Shown here in pieces: positions 51,681 through 63,750 of a DNA stretch of 64,000 bases. Numbering within the stretch: position 1 is the first letter of the stretch; each line of letters starts with the position of its first letter. Below the pieces are notes generated by a model, which did not search any database, was not told where the DNA came from, and saw only the letters and a list, made by a program, of their open reading frames with translations. The stretch lies in contig JAHRHZ010000009.1 in assembly GCA_024137785.1 (NCBI GenBank), positions 26,071,890 through 26,135,889 on the forward strand, given 5' to 3'. This stretch comes from Ginglymostoma cirratum (taxonomy: Eukaryota). Position numbers and translations under genes: made by a program.

Positions 51681-51785
51681 CTACAAATTCCATCAATTAG
51701 TGTTTCAAGTCGGTGGTCTTGGAATCCTGAGGAGGAGAGAAAGCGCCAGGAAATATGGCAGAAAGAGCAGGACCGATTGTTACAG
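51681..51785 (+). CDS. LMO7: LMO7 exon (LQIPSISVSSRWSWNPEEERKRQEIWQKEQDRLLQ)
   Basis: gttag|CTA...CAG|gtacag, 105 nt, phase 0-0; conserved WxW..EEERKRQE.WQKEQDRLLQ. Confidence 0.96.
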
Positions 51786-53460
51786 GTACAGTGTGGCTAT
51801 AGTGCTAGCCGCATGGTGCTGAGGTGGTCTTGCAGATTTACTAATAAATGCTTTGCATGGATTTTAGTCCCTTTTAACGTAGAACCGTGTAACACCAGGC
51901 TAATGTGTCCATTCCATTATAGAGCTGCTTAACATATTTGTGCAAAGCGTGAATTAAAGCAGGATGCAAGCCATTGGGCAGTCAAGACCTTTCTAAAAAT
52001 CCAACTTAGAATTTTTTTGGAGTTTCTTAATTTGCTAATCCTATTTTTGCCTGTGGACAATGTGCATCTTAAATTTTTAATTCTCTACTTACCTTGAGTG
52101 TCAAGTATCCCCAGCTGCCAGAGCAATCCACTTGTTCATAAGCTTCTACAAATGTCTTTTGAGACTAGTTCACAGAGTGCATGTGTGTGGTCTTCAGCTA
52201 GACTGTTTCTAGTGAGGCCTTTCTCTTGTGCAATATCATCTTTCCATGATCAGGTGGCTGATCTGCGTAGGGAAGATTTGGGATGCTTGTATCCATGCAC
52301 ATGAGGCTAAGGGTACCACAATTTCAAGATTTAATTCCTTGATCAAGTTTGTCCACATTTCTGTCTCCAGCCTCAGTCGAGTGACAGACAGAATAGCTGA
52401 ATCTAATGCATTACCTTGTATCGTCAGTTGTCTGAGAATATTGTATTGTTTGGGACTGGAACATTTGAGGTTTGTTTAGTCCCGCAAATAGAAAGCAAAT
52501 TCAAATTCCAAATTCTTGCAAACTCAAATCAAGAATTTCCCATTCACAGTAGCTTTTCAGTGAAACCTGCCAACACTGTCAAATTAATATATTGCACATA
52601 TCTTGAATGACTGCACAGTTGTGCATGAATTATATGTTTTTAAATATGTACACATTGATTATGATCAATGAAAAGTTCAATTTATTTGGCTATCAGAATA
52701 TTTGTTTTATAATCCTCTTTTTTTAAAATTAAAAGCTGTCTTGGTGACCAGTGGGCATGCACTGCATTTCGTATTGTTCCAGAATTAATCTGTATTGTCT
52801 AAACCAATTTCCCATCTTTGCCCTCTAAGGAGAACATAACATTGCTCTTTCCTCACGCTGTAACCCCAATGCTAGCATATTATCGTAGAGCACTGGTTAT
52901 AAAAAGGGGATATGCATGAAGTAGAGCGGTGATGGCTTGAGTATTTTATTGTTACTGTGTAGTGGTAGTCCTCAGAACCCTTGCCAAACCTAGACTTGAG
53001 GCAAATGTATTCATCTGCAATGATAGAACTCATTGCGGTGGGCACCATTGACCTTTTATATGAAAAAAAGTTACAAAGTTCATCGAATCTGAATCACTTT
53101 TACAATGTTAATACCTGTGGTATAGTTTGAAGTTCTAGTATTTTAAATCGTGGATTTCTTTTTTTTTAAGTGTAAATCATACAAAGGCCGCCAATTTGTT
53201 AAATTTGGTAATGTGCAGGCTTCGTGGTTTAAATAACTGTGAATTTTGGCAACTCCAGACTCTTAATTTTAAATATCGTATTTCTGATCTGACCAATCAA
53301 AACCAGCATTCTGAAGATTGCATGGCAGTTTTAGTTTGATTCTAGTTTTGGCATTGGTAATTCGTTCTAGTAGCACTGGTGAAGCAACACAAGCTTTTCT
53401 TTGCTTCAATGTGCAAATGCTTTCATTTACTTGATGTTTCTGATCATTTGGAACTGTTAG

Positions 53461-53553
53461 GAAAAATACCAGCGTGAGCAGGAGAAACTACAGGAAGAGT
53501 GGAGAAAGGCTCAGAAAGAAGCTGAACAAGAAGGCTCCAAGTACTATGAAGAG
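53461..53553 (+). CDS. LMO7: LMO7 exon (EKYQREQEKLQEEWRKAQKEAEQEGSKYYEE)
   Basis: gttag|GAA...GAG|gtaatg, 93 nt, phase 0-0; conserved EKYQREQEKL.EEW. Confidence 0.96.
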
Positions 53554-55175
53554 GTAATGACATTTACAGCACTAACTAAATGGATGGCAGGGTGATGAAT
53601 ATAGACGGGGAGGAAACAGGCTAGCACTCTGAAACAGTAATGTGTTTTATTTATTTTTAGTTATGGGGGACCAAAAGGAAACAACTTTCCTGTAGTATTA
53701 AAATATTGACCTGGACGGTATATTCTGGGATTTTGCAGTTTCATGTCAAAATAGACCAGATAAATGTTCCTATAATAGATCAAGACTGAAATATTAGTAT
53801 TTCCCTTTATAATGTTACAATTACATGTTCATATCACTAACAATTGGTTATGATGTTTTTGAGCAAAACATATCTTTAACTTGCGTTGCAAGCATTTTTT
53901 AATGGATATCATTCTTTCTCTTTCAAATGCTATTTCTTTTCCTAAACGTGAGAACTGTCAGTTGTTAAAAGGAGCTATTAGGCTAGACTACTTTTTACCT
54001 GATAACACTTAGATGTTTTCTTTGACTTGCCCAGGGAACAGAATGGGGAGGGTTTTCTTCAATCATTTATTTTCCAAAGGCTAACGAAAGGCCATTGTTT
54101 TTCCCTCTGTCATTTAGGACCTCCATGATTTTAAATGTTGATTCTTTTCTGACTGCATTCTATAAATGGAATGTTGCTTGTATTCCTTTGGGGCAAAATG
54201 GCACAAAATACAAAACATGCATGGATGCTGCTTTTATCAGAAATTCATGCATGAATAAGTTATCCTCCCCAAGTCATGCAACTGCCATACGTGTGTTGAA
54301 AATGTGTTCAACTTTCAAAGTGCATGCAGAAAGGAATTTCCCTTCTCAGCTGTTGTCTGCAGTTCAATTTGTCTTTTCAGCACAATTCTCATGTTTTGCT
54401 GCACCACACTCTACTGTGGCCAGCCCCAGTTGGGTCAATGACAGTGCTGTGTTTGCAGACAAAGCTGGATAATAGTCTCTAATTTAGTGTCTTTTTTTAA
54501 ATGTATGCAGTGGTTGTGCATTATCCCCAATAATCAAACACTCACATCAGTAGCTTCGTACTCTTTTGACTTTAACTGGTTCTGACGTCTGAGTTGTGCT
54601 TGAAACTCAGTATGGCTTTCTTAGTATTAACAAAAAGTGAGTTAATTAATTACTACCTGTAAATACATAAGATTCCTGGTTTAATCCACATTACCAATAT
54701 GAATTGCCCCAAAGGAACTGTTGGGAGAACTGCATTTGGCTTCACTATTCTAATGTTGGATTCAAGGAAGGTTGGATGTGAGCCCTTGCTTTTTGTTTCT
54801 GACTGCTAGCCAGTAATTTGTACCAGAAGGAATATGCTGGGATTTCAGATGTTGCTGAACGTTTCACAAACAAGTAGCCTCTTGTAATGGGCTATTATTC
54901 CAGTTGGGGAAAGGCCACTTGAATGAGTTACTGGAGAATCTGTTCACTGCAGAGGCGTCCAACACATCCTTAAAAAGGTCGTGGTGAATAGAGAAAGGCA
55001 GTGGTGACAGTGAGAAGGCTATGGTGGGAAAAGAAGATGAGTTAAATACTTCCTTTGGGAGTAAGCGCTTAATTTTTTTTTAATATTTCCCTTTCCCACT
55101 CTGTGTATTTCTTAGTAAAGTTGTATGTAAGTATCTTCTGTCTTGCTAAAATTAATTAACTTTAAACTTTAACAG

Positions 55176-55591
55176 GAGCGCAGGATACTACAGGAAACAA
55201 ACACTCCACAATCCCCTTCAAATACTGTGGATGGGCCTGCAGAGTTGAAGCACCAGTACACTTCTCGAAACTGGATTACATCTTGGAATAACCAGGAATC
55301 TGAGGACGAATCGCAGGAACTGGGAAAGGGAGAGGATTGGCACAGAAGTGATGATGACGAGGCAAGGCAGCGAGAGGAATTACGGTTACAAGAAGAAAGA
55401 AGGCGTCAAGAAGAAGAAGCAGCAGATCGCCTTGAGCAGGAGAGAAAACTGCAAGAGAAAGAACGTGAACGGCAAGAACAATGGTATCGTGAGCGAGAGC
55501 GACTTAAAGAAGAGAAGAGGCAGAGACAACAAGCAGAACAAAGGGCATGGTTAGCAGAAACTGAAAGAACAGAGGAATATCAGCCCCAGTG
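55176..55591 (+). CDS. LMO7: LMO7 exon, E/R/K/Q-rich helical region
   Basis: aacag|GAG...CAGTG|gtaaga, 416 nt, phase 0-2; open frame (ORF 55227..55595). Confidence 0.9.
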
Positions 55592-55794
55592 GTAAGATTT
55601 TGAACCAACTGTTTTACTGAGTTAGCTTTCAGTGCCAGATGTTTGGAACTCCATTCCCAACCAGCTGTAATCCATTTAAAATGCATTACGTCCCACACAT
55701 TAGTAATTGATTATTAATTTAAGAGAACAAGAAATATCTTCAAATTCAAGTGAAGTTGTGTAAAAATAACTATATATGAAATAATATGCAACAA

Positions 55795-56180
55795 ATTGCA
55801 GAGGCTGGAAGTCTGAAATAAAGCCAGAAATTGCTGGAGAATGTAGCGGGTCTGGCAGCATCTGTGGAGAGAAAAGAGAGTTAACATCTCGTGTCTTGTG
55901 ACCCTCCTTCAGAAATTATGCAGCATGCGGGGGAAAGAGTGGCATTTATCTTGATGACAAGGTGTGGCGAATGGTAAAGGTGTGAGCTGGGAGGTGGAGC
56001 CAAGCCCCAGAGAAAGGGGAGAGAAAAGGGATTGTTGTTAAGGCAGGGAAGAAGAAAAGCTAGATAAGTAATAGTGTGGATTGAGTGGATGAAAATGAGT
56101 TGGCTGCGCTGAAAGCAACCTGATGACCAGACCTGGAGTGTGTTTGAGTAAAAGACATGGAATATGGGGTTCAGGTCTCC
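55795..56180 (-). mobile_element. old Penelope-like terminal remnant
   Basis: gctggaagtctgaaataaa...ggcagcatctgtggagagaa...gttaacat...ccttcagaa followed by a purine-rich body. Confidence 0.6.
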
Positions 56181-56527
56181 AACTATCAGCTTACTGTGTT
56201 CCCCCAGCCCCGTCTCTCAAATTGTGGTACAACTATGTTGAAATTTCCATGACCTGTCCAATATAATTTGTTAACTGTGAGTTTCTGTAGTGTTTGTTAA
56301 TGAGGAAGGGGTGCAATGTTAATTGTCCTGAGGAGCTTCACTGTTTATAAGAAAGGGGGCAGAAAATTTGTTCTCAAATTCGTTCCATTGAGTTTTTTTG
56401 TTAGCAATCAGAATCATTTAGATATGTTGCGATATGGTGTTCTTTCTGAATCTGATTTTAAGAAATGAATGGTATATTTTCTCCCACTTGGTGTACTAAC
56501 CAGCCTGCAATGCTATTATGATTATAG

Positions 56528-56583
56528 GGCAAAGTCCAAGTCTACCTCTGACCTCGATGAGCTTGTGCCTGCCCAGGGACATG
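56528..56583 (+). CDS. LMO7: LMO7 small exon (AKSKSTSDLDELVPAQGH)
   Basis: attatag|G...CATG|gtgagt, 56 nt, phase 2-1; matches recalled KSRSTTELD motif. Confidence 0.85.
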
Positions 56584-57185
56584 GTGAGTTTCTTTGTCCT
56601 GAGTGTTTCAACTTGGGAATTAAAACAGATTTGAATTTTCTTTAGCTAGCTACTTGAACGAGCCAGTGGCTGAATCTTCAATTAATGGAGAATATTTTAG
56701 CTTCAGTTATTCCATAAAAACTAAGTTGTGTAGCAATCATAAATACTTGTCGAAATGTGTTTTACTCCTAATTGCAAGGATCAATTATTTCTCAGTATCC
56801 CTTTGACGTTCTTAAAATAAATTGAATGCAATGCAACTTAAATTTGAAATGTTCCACATAATAAACACTAGCCTGGTGCAAACATCATTATTGGAGAGCA
56901 AAGTCATTCCTCACTTGTTTCAGTATGAGATTTCTTTCCGATTTAAGGTATGTCACAATAGCACCAAAACTATGCAGCTAAAAGCAAATGACTGGAATTA
57001 GTGTGTGTGTGTTCATCCGTCTAAGTGCATGTGTGTGCACAATGATAGGTGGGAGCAGAAATTTGAAACAGAATTTGATAATTTCTTGACTTTTGCCTTT
57101 TAACCTTCTGTTTAAACACTTATAAAATGTTATCCTTGCATGAGTGCTAATGGCCTGCTGTATGCATATTTGAACGTGTATTTAG

Positions 57186-57344
57186 GTGTAGGTGTGAAAC
57201 CAGTGGGTGGTGTGGCCCAGTGGCTGCTTGAGGAAGAAAATCTCCGCAGGCGACATGGGAAGACACAGGAAGCTACACGTGTTGAATTGGAAACTGAGAG
57301 GCTGAAAATCCTTAATCAGATGAAATATGCTGACCCAGAGAGAG
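57186..57344 (+). CDS. LMO7: LMO7 probable cassette exon (VGVKPVGGVAQWLLEEENLRRRHG...ELETERLKILNQMKYADPER)
   Basis: tttag|GT...AGAG|gtggg, 159 nt, phase 1-1, open frame; alternative in-frame acceptor 6 nt downstream (57192); flanking TGCATG motifs. Confidence 0.75.
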
Positions 57345-58128
57345 GTGGGGAATACGCCCTCTGATCAGCAGCCAACCTATACCCTAATTTCTCTTTGTCA
57401 CTCCAATGATCGAGCTAATTAGCACATTTTCAGCTGCACTTTAAGCAACTGTTTCCATTTTAAAGCAATTTGTTTTTCCCCTTGAGAGAGACCCTCTGCT
57501 CAACTTAAAAATGCTCTAGTTAATCATCATAGTCGCTTGCTAATTGTACGTGTTTTCCCTTGATGTGCATGAAATATGCCGAATGGGCTGATGCAGCTCT
57601 GTGCTGAATTTTGGATGGCCAATGTTTTAATGCCGAATGTACTATTTGTTCATTGTAGTTGGCTGATCTCTCTTAACAATAACAATCTTAATTTATTTTT
57701 CCCAAGTATGATTACAATCTACTAATGAAAAAGATCATTCTAAATCGATTTGGCGCTTGAATTGGTTATTTTTGGCTACACTGATTTAAAAATTGTAATA
57801 ACTTGCAATGACACACTGCTCATTAAGTCCATAAAGAATGCTTTCCATTGATTCAGATGATATTTGCTGATGACATAATTATGTTGGAGAAAATGCTCTG
57901 CCAATTCATTGGCAGAATTATGGAAATGTATTTCCGTACTGATATGAGCTTGAGTTTGTTTAATTCACTCCATTTCAATAGAGTGTTACTTGCAATTGCA
58001 AGAACCCCATCTTAATCGTGTTCATTTAAAAGCCATCAGCTGGGATAAGCTCTTCCTGGTAATTTAGGTGGATTAAAGGGCAGTGGCAAAACATTTAGAC
58101 CCTTAAAGATTTTTGGTTTGGTTGTTAG

Positions 58129-58357
58129 GTGACGTGAAGAGCAAAGCCCCAGACAACTCGTGGATTAAGACTGAAACGCGACCAAAATCTTCACAACAAA
58201 AAGAGCCACCGCCCTCGTACGCTGAGCAAGAACGACAGAAAATCCTACAGGAAATGCGAAGAAAGACCCAGCTCCTGAATGATAATAGCTGGATTAGGCA
58301 GCGTAGTGCCAGTGTTGCCAATACGACTGCACCTAGCAATTATGGATCAATGAGAAG
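58129..58357 (+). CDS. LMO7: LMO7 exon (DVKSKAPDNSWIK...PPPSYAEQERQKILQEMRRKTQLLNDNSWIRQRSASV...MR)
   Basis: gttag|GT...AGAAG|gtaata, 229 nt, phase 1-2; conserved ERQ.ILQEMR...NDNSWIRQRSASV. Confidence 0.95.
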
Positions 58358-60083
58358 GTAATAACCATAAAAAAAGTTGCAGATGTAGTCTTCAATCTGC
58401 TACCCAGTCTATGAATTAACGTCCTAATTGTGTGTTGCTCTAACCTTCCGCAAAACATTAGGTCTCATTGCTATCCCTGTTGTCATGGTTTTTTTGTCAA
58501 CTTATCCGTTTGATAACCCTTCTATCCATATATGTAGATAATTTCAATCAACAAGTCCATGTGCAATGATATGCCTCTGAGGCAGGTGGACTTGGAGCCC
58601 AGGTCCTCTTCATACTTGTAAAGGAAGTTTCCATCCTTTGATCACCCCTTTCCTCTTGTCGCATAATTTAGTGTTTCTTTGTTCCTTTGCTAGTATAGAA
58701 TCCACTATAATGTGGAAGCAGGCCATTCTGCCCATCAAGTCCACACCGACCCTCCAAGCAGAAACTGTACTATAAATAAATTCCTGGATTACAAATGCCT
58801 GCGACTGTTTGCAGACTCAAACTGTCAGCCAGCACTAATCGTTAGCTATAAAATCAATTTGTTTGAAAAAATGTCAGGAATGTATTGCTTTAAAATGAAA
58901 AATATTAAGTTTGTGCCCACTGGTCTAATCATCTCCTACTTTCTTACTTGGTTTTGACTTGCTAATGTAATGGGAAAAGTCAGTACGTGGAATAAGTGTG
59001 ATATGTGACCAAAAAGATCATGGTAAATGCCATAAGACTTTCCCAAAAAGTCTCTTGCTGTGATGCATCAGGTACTGATATAATGATATTACCAGAAAAT
59101 ATCGGAAATGTGGCATAGGCTACCAGCCATTAGATAATTTTATTGAACATTAAGCAGGTAAAAGAACCTTAGAAGAACAACCAAGGATGTTTCCCCTGCA
59201 TTAAATTTCAACACTAATCTTACCCTTCAAACACAGATAATTGCATCTTTCGTGACTGTTTAATATCATCAAGCCATCTGGCTCTCACACTCAGCTGGTT
59301 TTGCGCTAATTGCTGTTTCCTTGCAATACAGCATTAGAAATAATCTCAGTGCCTTTTGAAGCTATCAGGAAAATTTAAAGCATTTTCTTTCCCTCATAAT
59401 GGCATTTAGGTCATCAGTCCTTCACAGGATTCAATAACAAAACAGTGTTTGCGCACAGCAATGCAGCTGCCAAATGAACGTGGAGTATAAATGGTCCCAC
59501 AGGATGTTTGTAATTGGATGGAATAGCGTAAACCAACATACCAAACACTTTGATCTGTGAAACAGTGCCCCTGCCAAGAATCAATGGTAGCAATTAATGA
59601 TTGGCAAATCCAAGGTTGGTAATTTAATCCCACGTACACTCCATGTTGACAGAAATAAATTTGAGCAATGATCACTTTTTTAGAGCGATATTGCCCTCTC
59701 ACCACCGTCCCAAACCTCATCCAAGTGCAAGATATTCACATTTCCAAATATCATAAAGTTCTCATGCCCTACTGCCAGGTGAAAATGACTTGATTAGATG
59801 CATAAACACAGGCTATTTCTTACATATGGGATGGGCAAGCAGGATTTTGAGTAATAAAATGTTTCAAGCAGCAACGTCCAAGTCATGAATAGTATAGTAC
59901 TGCGGATGGTGGGTATCTTTAAAAAAAATCTAAGTTCTGAAGAAATACAGCAGTGTCTGTGGAGAAAGAGTTGATATTTCGTGTAAAATATACCTTCTTT
60001 GAACAGAAGGGGGCTTGAAAAGTAATTATTTTTATGCAGTTGACAAGGTGGAGAGCAGGGGCAGGCGGTGCAAGTAGAACAGA

Positions 60084-60123
60084 TGTGTGTGTGTGTGTGT
60101 GTGAGAAAGAGAGAGATAGAGAT
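60084..60123. repeat. short (TG)n/(GA)n microsatellite at the Penelope-like element end
   Basis: directly visible. Confidence 0.85.
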
Positions 60124-60860
60124 AGCAAGACCTGCAGATCCTGGTATCAGAGTCAATGCAGCAAGTCAGGCAGCATCAGAGGAGTAGGGAAGTCAGTGTT
60201 TCGAGTTGGGAACCTTCAGCGCTGGGAAAGGGAGCTCGGAAATAAATAGAGGAAGGAGGATGGGTCTGGGGGAAGTTAGGTGGGATGGTGGTAGATGGAT
60301 GCAGGTCGGGGGTTGTGGAGATAGATTATGGAAAGGGTGGGGCGGACAGGTGAGAAAGATGAAGAATAGATAGTGTCAGGTCAAGGAGATGGGGATGAGA
60401 GGGAGGGTTGGACATGGGATGAGGCTGGGGGTGGGGAGATTTTAAAACTGGTGAATTCCATGTTTAGGCCATCAGGCTGTAGGCTCCCGAGGTGGAATAT
60501 GAGGCTGCTCCTCTAGTTTGTGGGTGGTGTCATTTTGACACTGGAGGAGGCCCAGGATTGACATGTCACCCTGGGTGTGGGAGGGGGAGTTAAAATGGTT
60601 CGCAATCGGAAGGTGCTGTTGTTTATAAAGTACAGAGTGCAGATGCTCCTCAAATCGGTCAAGTGAGTCTGCACTTGGTCTCATCGATGTAGAGGAGACC
60701 ACATCGAATGAGGCAAGTGTTACACCTTCTCCAATTGCATGGGAAGGTGGATTGGTGGTAGTGACAAGCTATTGGGAGTGAAGGAGGAGTGGACCTGGGC
60801 TTTGTGAAGGGAACAGCCCCTGCAGAATGCTGACAGAATGGGCGGGGTGGGGGGAGGATG
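60122..60860 (-). mobile_element. second, more decayed Penelope-like element (GIY-YIG remnant)
   Basis: DRFEEHLHSV..HLPIANHFNSPSH..MSILGLLQCQN; collinear with 38939-40150. Confidence 0.88.
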
Positions 60861-61330
60861 TGTTTGGTTGTGGCTTCCCGCTGGAAATGGAGTAAAGTAC
60901 AAACACAAGTCCAAGTGAAGCTCTGCTTGAGAAGATAAAAATAACAAAGCTACCTTTAGCTACATTTTTAATTGTTGTAGATGCAGGAAATACTAATTAC
61001 GATTTGATGGAGGCTCCTCGGGTGAAGGTCCTTGAGTTGATGCGAACTATTCTTCCCCTCCAGCACTGCCAGTTGGACAAGATGAATGTATTTGGGAGCA
61101 AGTGAAGAGGGTCAGGCCTAAATAATTGATCATCTCAAGATTGGTGAAAGTTTGCAGATCTTAATTCTCTGCATATTACCCATGTCCTTTGATGTTGTCT
61201 AAAACTTGTTATAGGTTTTTGCAATCATGTTTGCTGGCTTTAGGACAATGGAAGCATTCTGTGCCAGATTACACATCGCTATGCAACCCAGAAATGTTGA
61301 ACAGTTATATTACGATTACTCTTATTTCAG

Positions 61331-61573
61331 AGGTGAATCTTTAGACTACTTAGATGCCCCAAAGGCAAGCAACTGGGGATCGACTACAGAGCCAGCACGT
61401 TCCACAGGAAAAGGATCTGGTTATTACCCAATCTCCACATCAAACCGATCTTACTTGCGCACTGCATCATCAACCTTACCACCGCAATCCACTGGATCTT
61501 TGAGAACAGCATCGTGGACCAAGAATCCTTCTGTTGCACCAACCAGTCAGTCCCAGATACCACAAAGCAACAG
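61331..61573 (+). CDS. LMO7: LMO7 exon (GESLDYLDAP...STSNRSYLR...QIPQSN)
   Basis: atttcag|A...AACAG|gtactt, 243 nt, phase 2-2; GESLD.LD and STSNR.Y motifs. Confidence 0.93.
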
Positions 61574-61879
61574 GTACTTGATCATTTGAATGAAAATGTT
61601 TTGTACTGATACTGTGTTTCCTGTGTATAGTTCAGTGACCCTTCTACACTTGAAAATAATTTATTGCATTTACGTGGAAAATTCTTTCACGTTAACTCAC
61701 TGATTCTTGACATCTTTAAACACTTTCATGGAACAGCTTGAATGCTTTCCTTATTTATATAATCATAAATGATGAAATGTACCTGTGTATTTATCATTGT
61801 CACTGTCCCCTTGTTAACATGTTGTATACTTCAAAGCGTAATCCAAGAGTTGAATAGAAATTAATGGACTGTAATTAGA

Positions 61880-63060
61880 ACTGCTAGGAATAGAATTAAA
61901 CTATTTAGCCATCCAGCGTATTCCATCGTTCAGTGAGATCATGACTGACCCATGAATTAACTCCATATATCCTCCTTTGCTCCATATCCCTTAAATAGGT
62001 CATTTAATGAAGGTTCTAGTTTTCTCAGTTTTAAATTTGCCAGTTGCAGAAGAGAGTTCAACCGTTCTACCATACTTTGCCTGAGAAAGTGTATTCTAAT
62101 TTTACTCCAAAAATATCTGGCTCTAATTTTTAGGCTCTACCTTTTGGTCTTAGAATCACCAAGCAGAGGAAAGAGTTACTTCTAAAGTGTTCTTTGTTGT
62201 GTCTTGATCTTAGATCAAATCACCCATTAGGCTTCTCAATCCTAGAAAATGTAATGAACAATTGTGTAATCTTTCCTGGCATTTCAACTTTTGAAGTTCA
62301 GCTATCATTTGAATAAAACTGTGTTACACACTCTCAAAGGCCAATATCCCCTTCCTAAAGTTTGTAAAAGCCCAGACCTGCTCACAGTACTGCAGGCACT
62401 GCCTCTTTTCCTATAGATATAAAAGCCAGCATTCCATTTGCCATTATTATTATTTTCTCATAGCATTGTAATGGTTTTTGTACCTTGATGTGCAAGCTTC
62501 TTTGGACCACTGCTATCTCTAGCTTTGTACCATGAAGAAGTTATCCTGCTCTATTCTAGGTAGTCCAAATAGGCTCATCTCATTGACTTGCAGTGAATTC
62601 AATTTGTCACTTAATCTGTTATTGTCTCTTTAACTTTACACCTCCATGTACTCTTTGTCGCTGATCTTTGCACTGTCTTTAACTTGCATTAGCTTAGATC
62701 TTATGGCCTTCTATTCCTTAAGAAATATAGTGAACAGGTGAGAACCGAACACAAACCATTGCGGAGCATCACTCGTTGCGTTCTGCCAATTACTGTACTT
62801 GCCAATCAGCTAAACTCTCTACCTCTGCCCACCCTTTCAGTTTCCTATCTGGATCAATAATTTGACCTCAATTTGAGCTGATAGTCTCTTGTGAGGATCT
62901 TGATGAAGTGCCTTCTGGAAGTCCACATACGTATGGATTTAACCACCTCTTCAAAAAATTGTAGTCATATTGTTCAGGCACAGCTTCTTTTTGACAAATC
63001 CATGCTGGTTCTCATCGATCAATTGATGAAATTGTAAGTGTTGAAAATCTGGTGCTGTAG
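61880..63060 (-). mobile_element. old CR1-like LINE fragment
   Basis: agacctgctcacagtactgcagg (LQYCEQVW-like) and gccttctggaagtccacatac (YVDFQKA) on the minus strand. Confidence 0.75.
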
Positions 63061-63750
63061 AAATACTACATTTGCTCTTTTACAAAAGAAAAAAGACTTT
63101 TAACTAGCCATTATCAGGATGTGTTAATCAACAGTGACAGAAGACGTGGCTAGATTTTGTGCTAAATTAAATGTACAGCTACTTTGTAATTGAAATCGGA
63201 CACCATGCTGGAAGATCACATATTTATAGGCTAATAAAGCTTTGGCCTGAATAATACTAATACGAAGTGTTAGAATGTGAATATATTGACTTACTTCTGA
63301 AATGATAAATAATGTTCAGGAATCAGTGAAGTTTTGGTCCATCTGGTAAATTCCAAAGCTGCCTAGCGTTTTGGAGCCATCTTAAGCTGTCTACTTTTTA
63401 AAATGTGTGGAAGTAACTTCCAAGTTTTTATTGGAGCTTCTTGTGTACGATCAGATTTTCTTGTTTTTGTCTTTTTTTTGTTGTTTTGTCTTGTAAAACT
63501 TTCTCCTGTACAGTAGTCTCATGAAATTTTGAGGCATCAATACCAACGGAAGATAATCAAAATTGAAGTCACGGACTGCAGGCTCAGTACAAGGACTCCA
63601 CTTTTCCTGCTGGACTTGTATATTGATTCTTTACATTGACCAGAATGTTTCAAACAATTGATGGCTTGAGCATCCCACAGAGTTAGCGTCATTAATTCTC
63701 ATGCCTGTCTAGCCTTTATATAGTCAGTCCCCTTTTTGTTCTGTATCCAG

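Noticed and set aside
52174-52254. Extra in-frame exon between 51785 and 53461
   Set aside because: AG and GT are present, but the donor is weak, the peptide has no homology, and the flanking exons join into the conserved RLLQ-EKYQRE sequence.
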